A DNA stretch of 51,778 nt from Blastochloris sp. (GCA_012031345.1 JAAUTS010000002.1:1-51778), one strand, 5' to 3'; counted from the stretch's first letter, positions 22,818 to 34,239 are shown. Numbers and translations: made by a program. Notes: a model not told the origin generated them from the letters alone.

Positions 22818-23398
22818 ATGATTTTAAATGACAGGCAGATTACGAAACTGGCCAAAGGTGGAATGATCAAGCCCTTTGTGCCGAGTTTGTTGAGGCAGTC
22901 GGAGGGGCGGGCGGTGTTGTCTTATGGATTGAGCAGCTATGGGTATGATCTGCGGCTTTCGGGCAAGGAATTCAAAATATTCCGTCACATTCCCGGCACG
23001 GTGGTGGATCCGAAGGCGTTCAGTCCGAAGAATCTGGAATTGGCGGAACGGCATGAGGATGAGAAGGGGATTTATTTTATTCTGCCCGGACGAAGTTACG
23101 GACTGGGAGTGGCGGTGGAGCAGTTGCATCTGCCGGATAATGTCAGTGCGATTTGTGTGGGAAAAGCACCTATGCGCGATGCGGGATCATCGCCAACGTG
23201 ACGCCGGCAGAGGCGGGCTGGCTGGGGCATCTGACGCTGGAATTTTCCAACAGCAGCGCGGCGGATTGTCGGGTTTATGCGGGCGAGGGTGTGGTGCAGA
23301 TGATTTTCTTCCAAGGTGAAACCTGCGCGACAAGTTATCGCGCCCGGTCCGGGAAATATCAAAAGCAGACGCATCGGATCACGTTGCCCAAGGTATAG
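22818..23398 (+). CDS. dcd: dCTP deaminase (indel near 23165)
   Basis: [45 protein letters not shown]. Confidence 0.93.
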
Positions 23399-23450
23399 CG
23401 GTGTGGGTGGGGGGATGTTTTAACGCCTAGGGAAGGGAGTGAGGCAGGGT

Positions 23451-23898
23451 TCAGAGGAGGGGGAGGAGTTTCCATTGGGGAGGCTGGGATGCGGACAGGG
23501 TGAGGATGGCGCAGGAGGGTGGGGCGCCTTTGTTGGCTTTGCTGATGCAGCCGGGATTCAGAAAGCGTGTGTTGCGCAGGGTTTCGTCGCGTGGAACATG
23601 GGTGTGGCCGTGGAGGAGGAAGGGAGTGTTAGGCGGGGCTTGACGGGGAGGGATGTGAACGAGGTGGAAGAGATGTCCCGCTCTGCTCAGGCGCAGTTCC
23701 AAAGGCCAGGACTCATCGGAATCACAGTTTCCGCGCACGATGTGGGCGGTTGTCCAAGAAGAGGAGGGAGGTGAGGGTGGACGGGTCACAGACATCGCCC
23801 AAATGCCAGAACTCATCGCAGAAACCTAACTTGGTCAACACCAGATCCGGGAGCCGATCGTGGGTGTCGGAGAGAACCCCGATGCGATGAGGCTGCAT
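23451..23898 (-). CDS. YfcE-like metallophosphoesterase (indel near 23750)
   Basis: IGVLSDTH and HLGDV read from the DNA; then VRGNCD, HGHTHVP, LNPG. Confidence 0.82.
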
Positions 23899-23905
23899 AG
23901 GGGAT

Positions 23906-24481
23906 TCAGTTCAAGGCGGTCTTGCTGGGAAAAAGGAAGGAGGCGGACTGGCGACGTGAGGCGGCGAATTCCATGGAGCCGACGAAGATTGCGGTGAAGA
24001 GGAGGTCGCTGAAGAGGGAGTTGCGCAAGAAAACCCAGGTCTGGGGCTGGTGAATGAGGTCGCCCACGGTCAGGGCCTGGAGCCAGCCGCTGAGGTTGGG
24101 GGCGTAGATGGGGTTGAGGACGAAGGCGATGGTGTTGGTGACCAGGTAAAAGAACACGGTGGAGAGCAGGCAGGAGCCGAAGATGGTGATGAGGGATTTT
24201 TGGGAGGAGACCCAGAGACCGAGCAGGCCCACGAGCAGGTAGCAGGAGCTGGTGGCGATGAGGTAGGGTTGGAAGAGGGCAACTCCGTAGTAGGAATTAA
24301 GGAGGAGGTCGGAGAAGATGAGAGCGAGGAGAGGCAGGGAGAAGGCCCAGCGACGTGGCAGATAAATAGCAGCGCAGAGACTGATGGCCATGAGGGGCGC
24401 GAAATTTTCAAGTCCGTCCACTTGAGGGGAGACAAGACGATAAGCCACGGCGATGAGAACCAATGCAATCCAAAGTATCAT
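23906..24481 (-). CDS. DUF6580-like membrane protein (putative ECF S-component-like transporter)
   Basis: NFAPLMAISL, LIFSDLL, FYLVTN, FLRNSLFSDLLF; about six TM. Confidence 0.7.
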   Translation of the reverse strand: MILWIALVLIAVAYRLVSPQVDGLENFAPLMAISLCAAIYLPRRWAFSLPLLALIFSDLLLNSYYGVALFQPYLIATSSCYLLVGLLGLWVSSQKSLITIFGSCLLSTVFFYLVTNTIAFVLNPIYAPNLSGWLQALTVGDLIHQPQTWVFLRNSLFSDLLFTAIFVGSMEFAASRRQSASFLFPSKTALN

Positions 24482-24565
24482 GTCTGGAAATTAGAAGGGG
24501 TGGGGGGAAAGGCAATCTTAAAGAAGGTTAAGATGCGGGTAGAAGAATGGGCAGCTTGATGAGGA

Positions 24566-24614
24566 AAAAAATAATAAAGAAATCCCTTGCATCTTTTGGC
24601 CAAACTCGTAGAAC
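24566..24614 (+). promoter_or_regulatory. Putative promoter of the ribosomal superoperon
   Basis: A/T-rich UP-like tract, TTGCAT(24587-24592)-16 nt-TAGAAC(24609-24614). Confidence 0.45.
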
Positions 24615-24615
24615 T

Positions 24616-24825
24616 TTCATTCCCTTTCTCTGAAAAGAGATGCTGAAGTGATTCAGCAATGCAAAGGCGTGTGACGGCCAAAGTCGCGAAAAAGCAGGAA
24701 ACTGCGGATTCCAGACCCTGTTCGTCCTCCATGCGACTGGTGCGGGATGCTGTCTTCGGACGGTATCCACAAAAGCACGCATGGCCCTTTCGCCAGGCGT
24801 GCTTTTTGCATTTAGGGGAAATGAA
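24616..24825 (+). ncRNA. Highly structured leader RNA upstream of rpsL
   Basis: Hairpins capped by GAAA (24627-24640), GTGA (24641-24658), GAAA (24694-24705) and TTCG (24745-24768); AAAAGCACGC/GCGTGCTTTT stem; the 5' and 3' ends pair. Confidence 0.55.
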
Positions 24826-24862
24826 CGAACGAAAAATCGAGAATCAACGAAAGTTTTTTAAG

Positions 24863-25282
24863 ATGCCGACGATTAACCAGCTTGTCCGCAAGGGCAGAAC
24901 AGTGATCAAGAACAAGACCAAGGCGCCTGCCTTGGCCGATTGCCCGCAACGTCGTGGGGTGTGTGTTCAGGTCATGACCCGGACGCCGAAAAAGCCGAAC
25001 TCCGCTTTGCGTAAAGTGGCCAAGGTCCGCTTGACCAATGGGCAGGAAGTCATCGCCTATATCATGGGTGAAGGTCACAACCTCCAGGAGCATTCGATTG
25101 TGCTGGTGCGTGGGGGTCGTGTGAAGGATTTGCCTGGGGTGCGTTATCACATTGTGCGCGGAACCCTCGATTCCCTCGGAGCGGTTGGACCGAGCAACAC
25201 CAACAAGCTGAACCGTAATGTTTCCCGTAGTAAATACGGGGTCAAGAAGCCCAAGAAGGGTGACGCTGCGGCCAAGAAATAA
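24863..25282 (+). CDS. rpsL: 30S ribosomal protein S12
   Basis: [34 protein letters not shown]. Confidence 0.99.
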   Translation: MPTINQLVRKGRTVIKNKTKAPALADCPQRRGVCVQVMTRTPKKPNSALRKVAKVRLTNGQEVIAYIMGEGHNLQEHSIVLVRGGRVKDLPGVRYHIVRGTLDSLGAVGPSNTNKLNRNVSRSKYGVKKPKKGDAAAKK

Positions 25283-25334
25283 GCTGATAAGCTGAAAACT
25301 TTAAGAATTTTTTAACCCACAAACACATTTATAT

Positions 25335-25807
25335 ATGGCACGCAGACGTCAAGCAACCAAACGCACGATCCCGAATGATCCGGTCTTCGAAACGCCCATG
25401 GTGACCGCTCTGGTCAACACCGTGATGCGCGATGGCAAAAAGAACACCGCCCGCCGGATTGTTTACTCGGCCATCGACAAGGTGAACGAAGGCAAGAAGG
25501 AGGGGAATCCTCTGGAAATCCTCGAAAAAGCCATGGAAACGTGAAGCCTCGTCTTGAGGTTAAGTCCCGCCGGGTCGGCGGTGCCACTTATCAGGTTCCG
25601 ATGGAAGTGACTCCTGAGCGTCAATTGGCTCTGGCCGTCCGTTGGTTGGTGGGTTATGCCTCCGGTCGCAAAGGCACACCAATGCCCAAGGCGCTGGCCT
25701 TTGAAATCAAAGAAGCGGCGGCGGGGCAGGGTAATGCCATCAAGAAGCGCGACGACGTGCATCGTATGGCCCAAGCCAACAAGGCCTTTGCTCATTTGCG
25801 CTGGTAA
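25335..25807 (+). CDS. rpsG: 30S ribosomal protein S7 (indel near 25540)
   Basis: [36 protein letters not shown]. Confidence 0.97.
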
Positions 25808-25845
25808 GACATTTTCAAAATTTAAACATTTACTGACTCATTATT

Positions 25846-27981
25846 ATGGCTTCACCCACACGAGCGTATTCCCTGGAAAGAACCCGAAACATCGGTATCT
25901 GCGCGCACATTGATGCGGGTAAGACGACCCTGACCGAGCGTATTTTGTTCTACACCGGAATGATCCATAAGATCGGCGAAGTGCATGAAGGCACAACCGT
26001 GACCGACTGGATGGAGCAGGAGCGTGAGCGCGGCATCACCATCACCTCGGCGGCGACCACCTGTTTCTGGCCGGTCAAAGTGGAGCCGGGTTTGGTCAAG
26101 ACCTTTGAAGGCACCAAAAATCGCGTCAACATCATTGACACTCCCGGCCACGTGGATTTCACGGCGGAAGTGGAGCGTTCTTTGCGTGTGTTGGATGGTG
26201 CGGTGGCGGTGTTTTGTGGTGTGGCCGGGGTTCAGCCCCAGTCGGAAACGGTCTGGCGTCAGGCCACCAAGTATAATGTTCCCCGTATTGCCTTCGTCAA
26301 CAAGATGGACCGCGTCGGCGCGGATTTCAACAAGGCGGTGGGCGAGATGCGCGAAAAGCTCAAGGCCAATGCCTGGCCTGTGTTGATCCCCTTGGGCAAG
26401 GAAGACACCTTGAAGGGTCAGATCGACATCGTGAACCAGAAGGTCATTGTTTATAAAGATGACGCCGCTTTTGGATCCTCTTATTCCGTCGAGGAAATTC
26501 CGGCGGAACTGAAGGACATGGCGGAGACGGCTCTGGAAGAATTGATCGGAGCGGTGGCGGATAAGGACGATGAAGTGGCCACGCTTTTCCTAGAAGAGAA
26601 AAAGCCCAGCACCTTGGAGCTCAAGCAAGCCATTCGCCGTTTGGTGATTTCCAATCAAATTGTGCCAGTAGTGGGAGGCTCCGCCTTCAAGAACAAGGGC
26701 GTTCAGGGATTGATCGATGCGGTCATTGATTATCTGCCCAGCCCGATCGACATTCCTCCGGCCCAAGGCCAGGACCCTGATTCTCCCGAAGTGAAAGTGG
26801 AAGCTCCTTCCAACGACGACCACAAGTTCTGCGGTCTGGCCTTCAAGCTCTGGTCGGATCCCTTTGTCGGTAAGTTGATTTTCTTCCGGGTCTATTCCGG
26901 CAAGCTCAGCAAGGGCGACACCATTTACAATCCCCGCACCAACAAGCGTGAGCGCGTCAGCCGCATCATCCAGATTCAGGCGGATAAGCGTGAAGAAGTG
27001 GAAACCGTGTTCGCGGGAGACATCGCCGCTACAGTGGGAATGAAAGACATCCGCACCGGGGACACCTTGGTGGACGAAAGCTTCTCCATTGTTTTGGAAC
27101 CGCCTTCCTTCCCCGAGCCTGTCATCAGCATGGCGATTGAACCGAAAACCAAGGGTGACCGTGAGAAACTCAGCGGTGGACTGGGTCGTTTGGCGGAAGA
27201 AGATCCCACCTTCATGGTTCAGACCAACGAAGAAACGGGGCAGACCATCATCAAGGGGATGGGAGAATTGCACTTGGAAATCATCTGCGACCGTCTCCGC
27301 CGCGAGTTCAACGTGGAAACCAACGCTGGTGCGCCTCAGATTGCGTATCGCGAAACCATTCTCAAGCAGGCGCAGGGAGAAGGTAAATTGATCAAGCAGT
27401 CCGGTGGACGTGGTCAATACGGTCACGTGATCCTGGAAGTCATCCCGCTGGAACGGGGCAAGGGCCGCGTGATTGAAAGCAAGGTTGTCGGCGGTAACAT
27501 TCCCAAGGAATACATTGGCCCCTCCAAGAAGGGTGTCGAAGAACAGCTCGGCAACGGGATCATCAACGGCAGTCAGGTCATCGACATTGAGGTCAACATT
27601 CTGGACGGTTCCTATCACGACGTTGACTCCAACGAACTCGCGTTCAAGTTGGCGGCTTCCTTTGCGTTGAAGGATGCACTGGCCAAAGCCCAATCCATTT
27701 TGCTCGAACCCATCATGAAGGTGGAAGTGATCACCCCCGAAGAATATCAAGGTGATATCCTTGGTGACGTGAACCGTCGCCGCGGCAAAATCAACAGCAT
27801 GGAAACCAAGAACGGCGGCTGCGTGTTGCAGGCGGACGTGCCCTTGGCGGAAATGTTCGGTTACGTCAATACCCTGCGTTCGCTTTCCCGCGGACGTGCG
27901 GCTTACTCGATGGAGCCCTCGCACTTTGAGCAGGTGCCCGCGCAAATCCTGGCTCAGATTTTGGAACAGAAGAAAGGTTAA
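25846..27981 (+). CDS. fusA: Elongation factor G
   Basis: [34 protein letters not shown]. Confidence 0.99.
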   Translation: MASPTRAYSLERTRNIGICAHIDAGKTTLTERILFYTGMIHKIGEVHEGTTVTDWMEQERERGITITSAATTCFWPVKVEPGLVKTFEGTKNRVNIIDTPGHVDFTAEVERSLRVLDGAVAVFCGVAGVQPQSETVWRQATKYNVPRIAFVNKMDRVGADFNKAVGEMREKLKANAWPVLIPLGKEDTLKGQIDIVNQKVIVYKDDAAFGSSYSVEEIPAELKDMAETALEELIGAVADKDDEVATLFLEEKKPSTLELKQAIRRLVISNQIVPVVGGSAFKNKGVQGLIDAVIDYLPSPIDIPPAQGQDPDSPEVKVEAPSNDDHKFCGLAFKLWSDPFVGKLIFFRVYSGKLSKGDTIYNPRTNKRERVSRIIQIQADKREEVETVFAGDIAATVGMKDIRTGDTLVDESFSIVLEPPSFPEPVISMAIEPKTKGDREKLSGGLGRLAEEDPTFMVQTNEETGQTIIKGMGELHLEIICDRLRREFNVETNAGAPQIAYRETILKQAQGEGKLIKQSGGRGQYGHVILEVIPLERGKGRVIESKVVGGNIPKEYIGPSKKGVEEQLGNGIINGSQVIDIEVNILDGSYHDVDSNELAFKLAASFALKDALAKAQSILLEPIMKVEVITPEEYQGDILGDVNRRRGKINSMETKNGGCVLQADVPLAEMFGYVNTLRSLSRGRAAYSMEPSHFEQVPAQILAQILEQKKG

Positions 27982-27985
27982 TCCT

Positions 27986-28293
27986 ATGGCTGGAACACGC
28001 ATACGTATCCGTTTGAAAGGTTTTGATTACCGCCTGATCGACAAGGCGGCGCACGAGATTGCCGAGACCGCAGTCCGCACCGGCTCCCGCGTCAGCGGCC
28101 CCGTGCCCCTGCCCAGCAAGATCGAGCGCTACACCGTGAACCGCTCGCCTCACGTGGACAAGAAGAGCATGGAACAGTTTGAAATCCGCACCCACAAGCG
28201 TCTTCTGGACATTGTGGAGCCTTCGGCCAAGACCGTGGACGAACTGAAAAAACTCAACCTCCCGGCCGGGTGGACATCACCATCAAGATTTGA
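27986..28293 (+). CDS. rpsJ: 30S ribosomal protein S10 (indel near 28268)
   Basis: [37 protein letters not shown]. Confidence 0.97.
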
Positions 28294-28352
28294 GGAAAAA
28301 TTTCCCATTCCTGTTCTGAAAAGATCGGAAACAAGACAATACGGAGTTTGCT

Positions 28353-29000
28353 ATGAGCATTGGAATTTTAGGCAAGAAAGTCGGGATGACCCGGGTGTAT
28401 GACGACAAGGGCGCGGCCACAGCTGTGACCGTGATCGAAGCCAGCCCCAACATCGTGACCCAGATCAAAAAGGCGGCGGAGAAGGACGGCTACAACGCGG
28501 TGCAAATCGCGTTTGATGAGCAGCCTGAGCGCACGGTGAGCAAGCCTTTGGCGGGCCACTTTAAAAAGGCGGGCACCTCCCCCAAGCGGTTCCTGAAGGA
28601 ATTTGAATTTGCGGGTGAAGAACTCAACCTGGGTGATGCCGTCACCGTGACCCGCTTCGCCGTGGGTCAGATGGTGGATGTGATCGGCCTGTCCAAGGGC
28701 CGCGGCTTCCAAGGTGTGGTCAAGCGCCACAACTTCGGTGGTCAGCCGGAAACCCACGGTTCCATGATGCACCGCCGGGCGGGTGCCATCGGTTGCCGTA
28801 ACAAGCCCGGTCGTATTTTCAAGAACAAGCGTATGCCCGGTCACATGGGTCAGACCAAGGCCACCGTGCAGAATCTGCGCGTGGTGCAAGTGCGTGAGAG
28901 TGACAACCTGCTGGTCATCAAGGGAGCGATCCCCGGTGCCAACGGCAGCTATGTCATCGTTCGTCAGGCCGTCAAAGCCAAGAAGGAAGCTGCCAAATGA
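28353..29000 (+). CDS. rplC: 50S ribosomal protein L3
   Basis: [26 protein letters not shown]. Confidence 0.98.
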   Translation: MSIGILGKKVGMTRVYDDKGAATAVTVIEASPNIVTQIKKAAEKDGYNAVQIAFDEQPERTVSKPLAGHFKKAGTSPKRFLKEFEFAGEELNLGDAVTVTRFAVGQMVDVIGLSKGRGFQGVVKRHNFGGQPETHGSMMHRRAGAIGCRNKPGRIFKNKRMPGHMGQTKATVQNLRVVQVRESDNLLVIKGAIPGANGSYVIVRQAVKAKKEAAK

Positions 29001-29609
29001 AACTCAAACCCCTCGATTTTAAAAGCGGCCGAACAGGCCTTGGACGTCAAGTTGATCGAAAACGGCAAGTCCACCCAGACGCTGCACGACGCTGTGGTCG
29101 GTTATCAGGCCAACCGTCGTGCCGGAACGCACCAGGTCAAAACCAAGGCCACCGTCGCGGCCTCCGGTAAAAAGCCCTGGCGCCAAAAAGGAACGGGTAA
29201 TGCCCGTGCCGGTTACGCTTCCTCGCCTGTCTGGACCGGGGGTGGTGTGGTCTTCGGGCCGCATCCCAGGGATTATTCTCATCGCCTTTCCAAAGGGGTC
29301 AAGCGTCGTGCTCTGACCAAGGCTCTGAGCGAAGCCGCCAAATCCGGACGTTTGCAATCCATTCCCGCGCTGGAGTTGAAGGATCACAAAAGCAAGCAGT
29401 TGTCCGAACTGATCAAGGCGAACAAGCTGGAAGGCAGCATCCTTTTCATCACCAAAGCGGTGGATAAGAATGCCCTGTTGGCCTCTCGCAACATGCCCAA
29501 GGTGGAAGTCATTGAAGCCGCCCTGGTCAATGCGGAACACATTTTAACCTATCGCCAAGTGATTTGGTCGGAAGATGCCTGTGAGGTTCTTTCCTCCCGT
29601 TTGAAATAA
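28997..29609 (+). CDS. rplD: 50S ribosomal protein L4 (indel near the 5' end)
   Basis: KKPWRQKGTGNARAG, GGGVVFGP; ATG overlaps the rplC stop. Confidence 0.96.
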
Positions 29610-29628
29610 GTCTGAACCGATACGAGCC

Positions 29629-29913
29629 ATGAAAAATCCTTACGACATCGTTAGAAAAGCCCGCGTGACGGAAAAGTCCGGCGCCCTCAAAGAGAAGCAT
29701 AACCAGTATGTCTTCGAAGTGGACACCAAGGCCACCAAGCAGGACATCCGTTTTGCTGTGGAAAAAATCTTCAATAAAAAAGTCGCCTCGGTCAACACCC
29801 TGCGGGTGACGGGTAAGAAGAAGCGCGAACGCACGGTCAATTTCGGACGCAAACCGAACTGGAAAAAAGCCATCGTCACCCTGCGTGAAGGCGAAACCCT
29901 GGAGCTTATCTAA
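29629..29913 (+). CDS. rplW: 50S ribosomal protein L23
   Basis: VTEKS, YVFEV, WKKAIVTL. Confidence 0.97.
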   Translation: MKNPYDIVRKARVTEKSGALKEKHNQYVFEVDTKATKQDIRFAVEKIFNKKVASVNTLRVTGKKKRERTVNFGRKPNWKKAIVTLREGETLELI

Positions 29914-29937
29914 TCCTCATTTAACTGGAACAGCACT

Positions 29938-30777
29938 ATGGCCATCAAAACCTTTAGACCTCTGACGCCGACCCTGCGCTTTACCGCAGGCCAAGATTTC
30001 TCGACCATCACGAAAAAGACGCCGGAGAAATCCCTGCTGCACCCCTTGAAGAAGAGTGGCGGACGTAACAACAACGGACGCCTGACCTCGCGTCGTCGTG
30101 GTGGTGGACACAAGAAGCATTATCGCGTGATCGATTGGAAGCGTTCCCGTCATGGGGAGGCTGCGGAAGTGATGGGCATCGAATATGATCCCAACCGCAA
30201 CGCACGCATTGCCCTGATCCAGTATGCGGACGGCACCAAGTCCTACATCGTTGCCGCCCATGGGTTGGCCGTGGGCAGCAAGGTCGTCTCCGGGGCGGGC
30301 TCCGCTCCTGAGTTGGGCAATGCTCTTCCCTTGAAAAATATCCCGCTGGGCATGGCGGTTCACAACATTGAACTCATCCCCGGACGCGGAGCGCAGATGG
30401 TTCGTTCGGCGGGTTCTTCCGCCACGTTGATGGGTGTGACGGGCGAATATGCCCAGTTGAAAATGGCTTCCGGCGAAATCCGCCAGGTGCATGGAACCTG
30501 CTACGCCACGATCGGGCAAGTCAGCAATCCCCAGCATGAAAACGTTATCCTGGGTAAGGCCGGGCGTAATCGCTGGCTGGGTCGTCGTCCCCGTGTGCGC
30601 GGTATGGTGATGAACCCGGTGGATCACCCGAACGGTGGGGGTGAAGCCAAGAGCAAGGGTGGTGGCGGACGCCAGCATCTCGTTTCGCCCTGGGGCCAGG
30701 TGGCCAAGGGACTCAAGACCCGCCGCAAACACAAGCCCACGGACCGCTTTATTTTGACCCGCCGTCCCAAGAAATAA
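29938..30777 (+). CDS. rplB: 50S ribosomal protein L2
   Basis: GRNNNGR, EYDPNR, MNPVDHPNGGGE. Confidence 0.99.
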   Translation: MAIKTFRPLTPTLRFTAGQDFSTITKKTPEKSLLHPLKKSGGRNNNGRLTSRRRGGGHKKHYRVIDWKRSRHGEAAEVMGIEYDPNRNARIALIQYADGTKSYIVAAHGLAVGSKVVSGAGSAPELGNALPLKNIPLGMAVHNIELIPGRGAQMVRSAGSSATLMGVTGEYAQLKMASGEIRQVHGTCYATIGQVSNPQHENVILGKAGRNRWLGRRPRVRGMVMNPVDHPNGGGEAKSKGGGGRQHLVSPWGQVAKGLKTRRKHKPTDRFILTRRPKK

Positions 30778-30801
30778 TCAATTAAAACCGGAAATTATCT
30801 T

Positions 30802-31080
30802 ATGCCACGCAGTTTGAAAAAAGGACCTTTCGTTGACGAGCATTTGGCCGTCAAGGTCGAGAAACAGATCAAAACGGACAACAAGAAGCCGATCAAGACA
30901 TGGTCGCGCCGTTCGATGATCACCCCGGATTTTGTGGGTCAGACCTTTTTGGTTCACAATGGCAAGGTGTTCAACTCCGTCTTCGTGACGGAAAACATGG
31001 TGGGACACAAGCTGGGTGAGTTTTCCCTGACCCGTATTTTCAAACGGCACGGGGGACATACCGAGAAGGTGACCAAGTAG
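30802..31080 (+). CDS. rpsS: 30S ribosomal protein S19
   Basis: [23 protein letters not shown]. Confidence 0.99.
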   Translation: MPRSLKKGPFVDEHLAVKVEKQIKTDNKKPIKTWSRRSMITPDFVGQTFLVHNGKVFNSVFVTENMVGHKLGEFSLTRIFKRHGGHTEKVTK

Positions 31081-31083
31081 TTT

Positions 31084-31833
31084 ATGGCCCGGCCTGCCAA
31101 AATTGCGGGCTTGGTGAGTATTTTCGGCTTCAGCCTGGTGCTGAGCCTAGGGGGGCAAGACTCCCCGAAACGTTCTTTACAAGTTGGACAGAAAGAAAGC
31201 AATCGGGAGCAGCCGGGCAGTCAGGAGAGCCGGAGCAACGAGGAGCGTCTGCAGGAGCTGGAAGAAAGTCTGGCTCTGGCGCGGACGGAGTCGGAATACT
31301 TCCATGAGAAGTGGGTCGCGCTCAAACTCGAACACGAAGCGCTGGGTCTGGAAGCCTTGACCGCCAATGAACGGGCCATGCAGGAAAAGCTGGTGCGTTT
31401 GGTGGGAGAGGTTTACCGGAGCGAGAAAAGCAGGCTCAAGCTGCAGGCGGCGACAGAAAAACTGATCGAGGCCGGGCAGAGTCTGCAACAGGCGGGTCCC
31501 TTGGACCGCGCTCAGCGTCGGGCGGAATACGAAGTCGCTCTGCGTGATGTCAGGCAAGCCATGAGGGGTGAAACCAAAGTGGCCATCGCGAACGATTTGC
31601 AGTCCGGGATCATCCGCAGTGTGGATGAGTCCGGTCTGGCCATTGTGAATTTTGGACGGGCCCAGAAGGCCCGGATCGGAATGCCCTTCCGCATCTTGCG
31701 AGACAGCAAGGTGGTGGGTCGGGGCAAACTGGTTGAAATCAGGGAGTATGCAAGTGCTCTGCTGATTGAAGATGTGATTGAAAAAGAACAGGTGAAGGTG
31801 GGTGACCGCCTTCTCCTGGAAACAGTGAAGTAA
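31084..31833 (+). CDS. Hypothetical exported coiled-coil protein with C-terminal beta domain, inserted in the S10 operon
   Basis: Intact 249-aa ORF 3 nt after the rpsS stop and 4 nt before rplV; hydrophobic N-terminus, heptad region, C-terminal VNFG..GMPFRILRD..VKVGDR. Confidence 0.8.
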   Translation: MARPAKIAGLVSIFGFSLVLSLGGQDSPKRSLQVGQKESNREQPGSQESRSNEERLQELEESLALARTESEYFHEKWVALKLEHEALGLEALTANERAMQEKLVRLVGEVYRSEKSRLKLQAATEKLIEAGQSLQQAGPLDRAQRRAEYEVALRDVRQAMRGETKVAIANDLQSGIIRSVDESGLAIVNFGRAQKARIGMPFRILRDSKVVGRGKLVEIREYASALLIEDVIEKEQVKVGDRLLLETVK

Positions 31834-31837
31834 CATT

Positions 31838-32263
31838 ATGGAAGTTAAGGCAGTAACAAAGTATACGCGCATTTCCGCCTTCAAGGCGAGGAACGTGACA
31901 CGCCATATCCAGGGGATGCCCGCATTGGGTGCCCTGGAGATGCTGGAGTTCTATCCCCAAAAGGCAGCCCGTCTGATCTACAAGACGCTCAAGTCGGCCC
32001 TGGCCAACGCGGAGAACAACAATGCGCTCAATCCGGCCAACATGATCGTGAAAGAAGCGGTCGTGGGAGAAGGCAGGACGATCAAACGTTTCATGCCCCG
32101 CGCCCGTGGATCGGCTTCCCCGATCATGAAGCGCACCAGCCACATCCGCATCATTTTAACCGAACGGACCGAAGAGGTGGAGGAGACTCCCAAGCAGAAG
32201 TCCAAAAAAGAGGCGATTGCCCGGGGTAAAGCCCGCCGCCAGCAGAAGAAAGCACAGGAATAA
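31838..32263 (+). CDS. rplV: 50S ribosomal protein L22
   Basis: RISAFKAR, SALANAENN, PRARG, KRTSHI. Confidence 0.98.
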   Translation: MEVKAVTKYTRISAFKARNVTRHIQGMPALGALEMLEFYPQKAARLIYKTLKSALANAENNNALNPANMIVKEAVVGEGRTIKRFMPRARGSASPIMKRTSHIRIILTERTEEVEETPKQKSKKEAIARGKARRQQKKAQE

Positions 32264-32269
32264 CATCGT

Positions 32270-32910
32270 ATGGGTCAGAAAGTTCATCCCTTTGGGTTTC
32301 GTATCGCCGTCAAACGCAATTGGCGTTCGATGTGGTATGCCAACAAAAAAGATTTCCCGGTCTATCTGCATGAGGACTACGAGATCCGTCAGTTCTGCAG
32401 AAGCGTTTGAATGGTGCGGCCATTTCCAAGATCACCATCGAACGTGCCGCCAACCGTGTGCGTGTGAACATCTTCACCGCCCGTCCCGGTCTGGTCATCG
32501 GACGTAAAGCCTCCGAGCTGGACAAGTTGAAGGGGGAAATCAACGACCTGTTGCCGGGCCGTGATGTCCTGGTGGACGTGAAAGAAGTCAAAAACCCTGA
32601 AATCGACGCGCAGCTCGTGGCGGAAAACATCGCCGTGCAGTTGGAGCGCCGTATTTCCTTCCGTCGCGCCATGAAGAAAGCGGTGCAGACCGCCATGGAC
32701 TTCGGTGCCTTAGGGATCAAGGTGCGTTGCTCCGGTCGTTTGCAGAACGCGGAAATCGCCCGTTCCGAGCCTTATCGTGAGGGGAAAGTGCCGCTGCACA
32801 CCCTGCGCGCCAACATTGAATACGGATTTACTGAAGCCAACACCATCGCCGGAAAAATCGGGGTGAAAGTGTGGGTTTGTTTGAAGGAGGACGCGGCTCA
32901 GGCTGCGTAA
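32270..32910 (+). CDS. rpsC: 30S ribosomal protein S3 (indel near 32395)
   Basis: [11 protein letters not shown] from the DNA; [26 protein letters not shown]. Confidence 0.97.
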
Positions 32911-32918
32911 GTTGAACT

Positions 32919-33343
32919 ATGCCATTACTTCCAAAACGCGTTAAATATCGCAAAACACAGCGTCGCAGCCGCGCGCACGACGCCACACGGGGAACGACGT
33001 TGGCCTTCGGTTCCTTTGGTCTGCAGACTCTGGAGCGTCACTGGTTGACGAACATCCAGATTGAAGCGGCCCGTGTCGCCCTGACCCGCAACATGAAGCG
33101 CAAAGGGAAACTCTGGATCCGTGTGTTCCCTGACAAATCGGTCACGGCCCGTCCCCCGGAAACCCGAATGGGTAAAGGAAAAGGCGCGCCGGACAAGTGG
33201 GTTGCGGTCATTCGCCCCGGTAACATTTTATTGAATTGGACGGTCTGCCCGAATCGACCGCCCGTGAATCCCTGCGCCTGGCGGCTTCCAAACTGCCCAT
33301 GGGCACCCGGTTCATCAGTCGTGACAGGAAATTGAGCGTATGA
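32919..33343 (+). CDS. rplP: 50S ribosomal protein L16 (indel near 33228)
   Basis: [23 protein letters not shown]; C-terminus LRLAASKLP in a shifted frame. Confidence 0.97.
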
Positions 33344-33549
33344 AGATTGCCGAAGTTAACCATTTGAGTGACCAGGAGCTGGTGAACAAGACCCAGGACC
33401 TGAAACAGGAACGTCTGAACCTCCGCATCCAGCAACAGAGCGGCCAGTTGGAACGTCCCAGCCGCTTGAAAGAAATCCGTAAAACCATCGCCCGCATTGA
33501 GACGGTGGCCAGCCAACGCCGCATCAAGGGATCGGCCAAGGCTTCCTGA
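33340..33549 (+). CDS. rpmC: 50S ribosomal protein L29
   Basis: [19 protein letters not shown]; position in operon. Confidence 0.95.
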   Translation: MKIAEVNHLSDQELVNKTQDLKQERLNLRIQQQSGQLERPSRLKEIRKTIARIETVASQRRIKGSAKAS

Positions 33550-33583
33550 TCCGGCACAACCAGTGATCCAAAGGTAAAGAGAT

Positions 33584-33859
33584 ATGACAACCGCAGTAGA
33601 AAAAGCAGAGAAGCCCTCCCGCAAGGAAAAGACCGGCGAGGTCGTTTCCGACAAGATGCAAAAGACCATCGTGGTCAAGGTCGTGCGCCGTGTGCCTCAC
33701 CCCAAGTTCAAGAAGATCGTGAAGGTCTCCAACAAATTTTACGCCCATGATGAAGACGGCAAGGCCAAGGTTGGCGATACCGTCCGCATTGCCGAAACCC
33801 GCCCCTTGAGCAAACTCAAGCGTTGGGAGTTGGTGGAAGTCGTGGGTCAGAACCATTGA
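33584..33859 (+). CDS. rpsQ: 30S ribosomal protein S17
   Basis: [24 protein letters not shown]. Confidence 0.98.
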   Translation: MTTAVEKAEKPSRKEKTGEVVSDKMQKTIVVKVVRRVPHPKFKKIVKVSNKFYAHDEDGKAKVGDTVRIAETRPLSKLKRWELVEVVGQNH

Positions 33860-33870
33860 GATAAACGTAT

Positions 33871-34239
33871 ATGATTCAAATTCGTTCCTGGTTGGATGTT
33901 GCTGACAACACCGGGGCCCGCAAGGCCACGATGATCGGTGTGATCGGCAAGAAAAACACGCAGACGGCCCGCATTGGTGACATCATCACCTGCAACGTTA
34001 AGGAAGCTGCCCCCACGGGAGCGGTGAAAAAGAGTGACGTGGTCCGTGCGGTCATCGTGCGCACCAAGCAGGCGATCAAGCGCAAGGACGGCTCGACGCT
34101 GCGCTTCGACAACAACGCCATTGTCATCATCGACAAAGATCAGAACCCGCGTGGCACCCGTATCTTCGGACCGGTGGCCCGTGAGTTACGCGAGAAAAAT
34201 TTCATGAAGATCATTTCCCTGGCCCCGGAGGTCATATGA
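33871..34239 (+). CDS. rplN: 50S ribosomal protein L14
   Basis: [26 protein letters not shown]. Confidence 0.99.
   Translation: MIQIRSWLDVADNTGARKATMIGVIGKKNTQTARIGDIITCNVKEAAPTGAVKKSDVVRAVIVRTKQAIKRKDGSTLRFDNNAIVIIDKDQNPRGTRIFGPVARELREKNFMKIISLAPEVI

Noticed and set aside
24482-24860. Cobalamin or other riboswitch for the divergent DUF6580 gene; SRP RNA
   Set aside because: No B12-box or SRP core motif on either strand; the tetraloops read correctly only on the + strand toward rpsL
26590-28002. Long antisense ORF (470 aa) and similar ones such as 5018-5791, 11495-12619, 15297-16361, 29917-30732 and 36734-37474
   Set aside because: Shadow frames opposite well-supported genes in GC-rich, codon-biased DNA; no recognisable motifs
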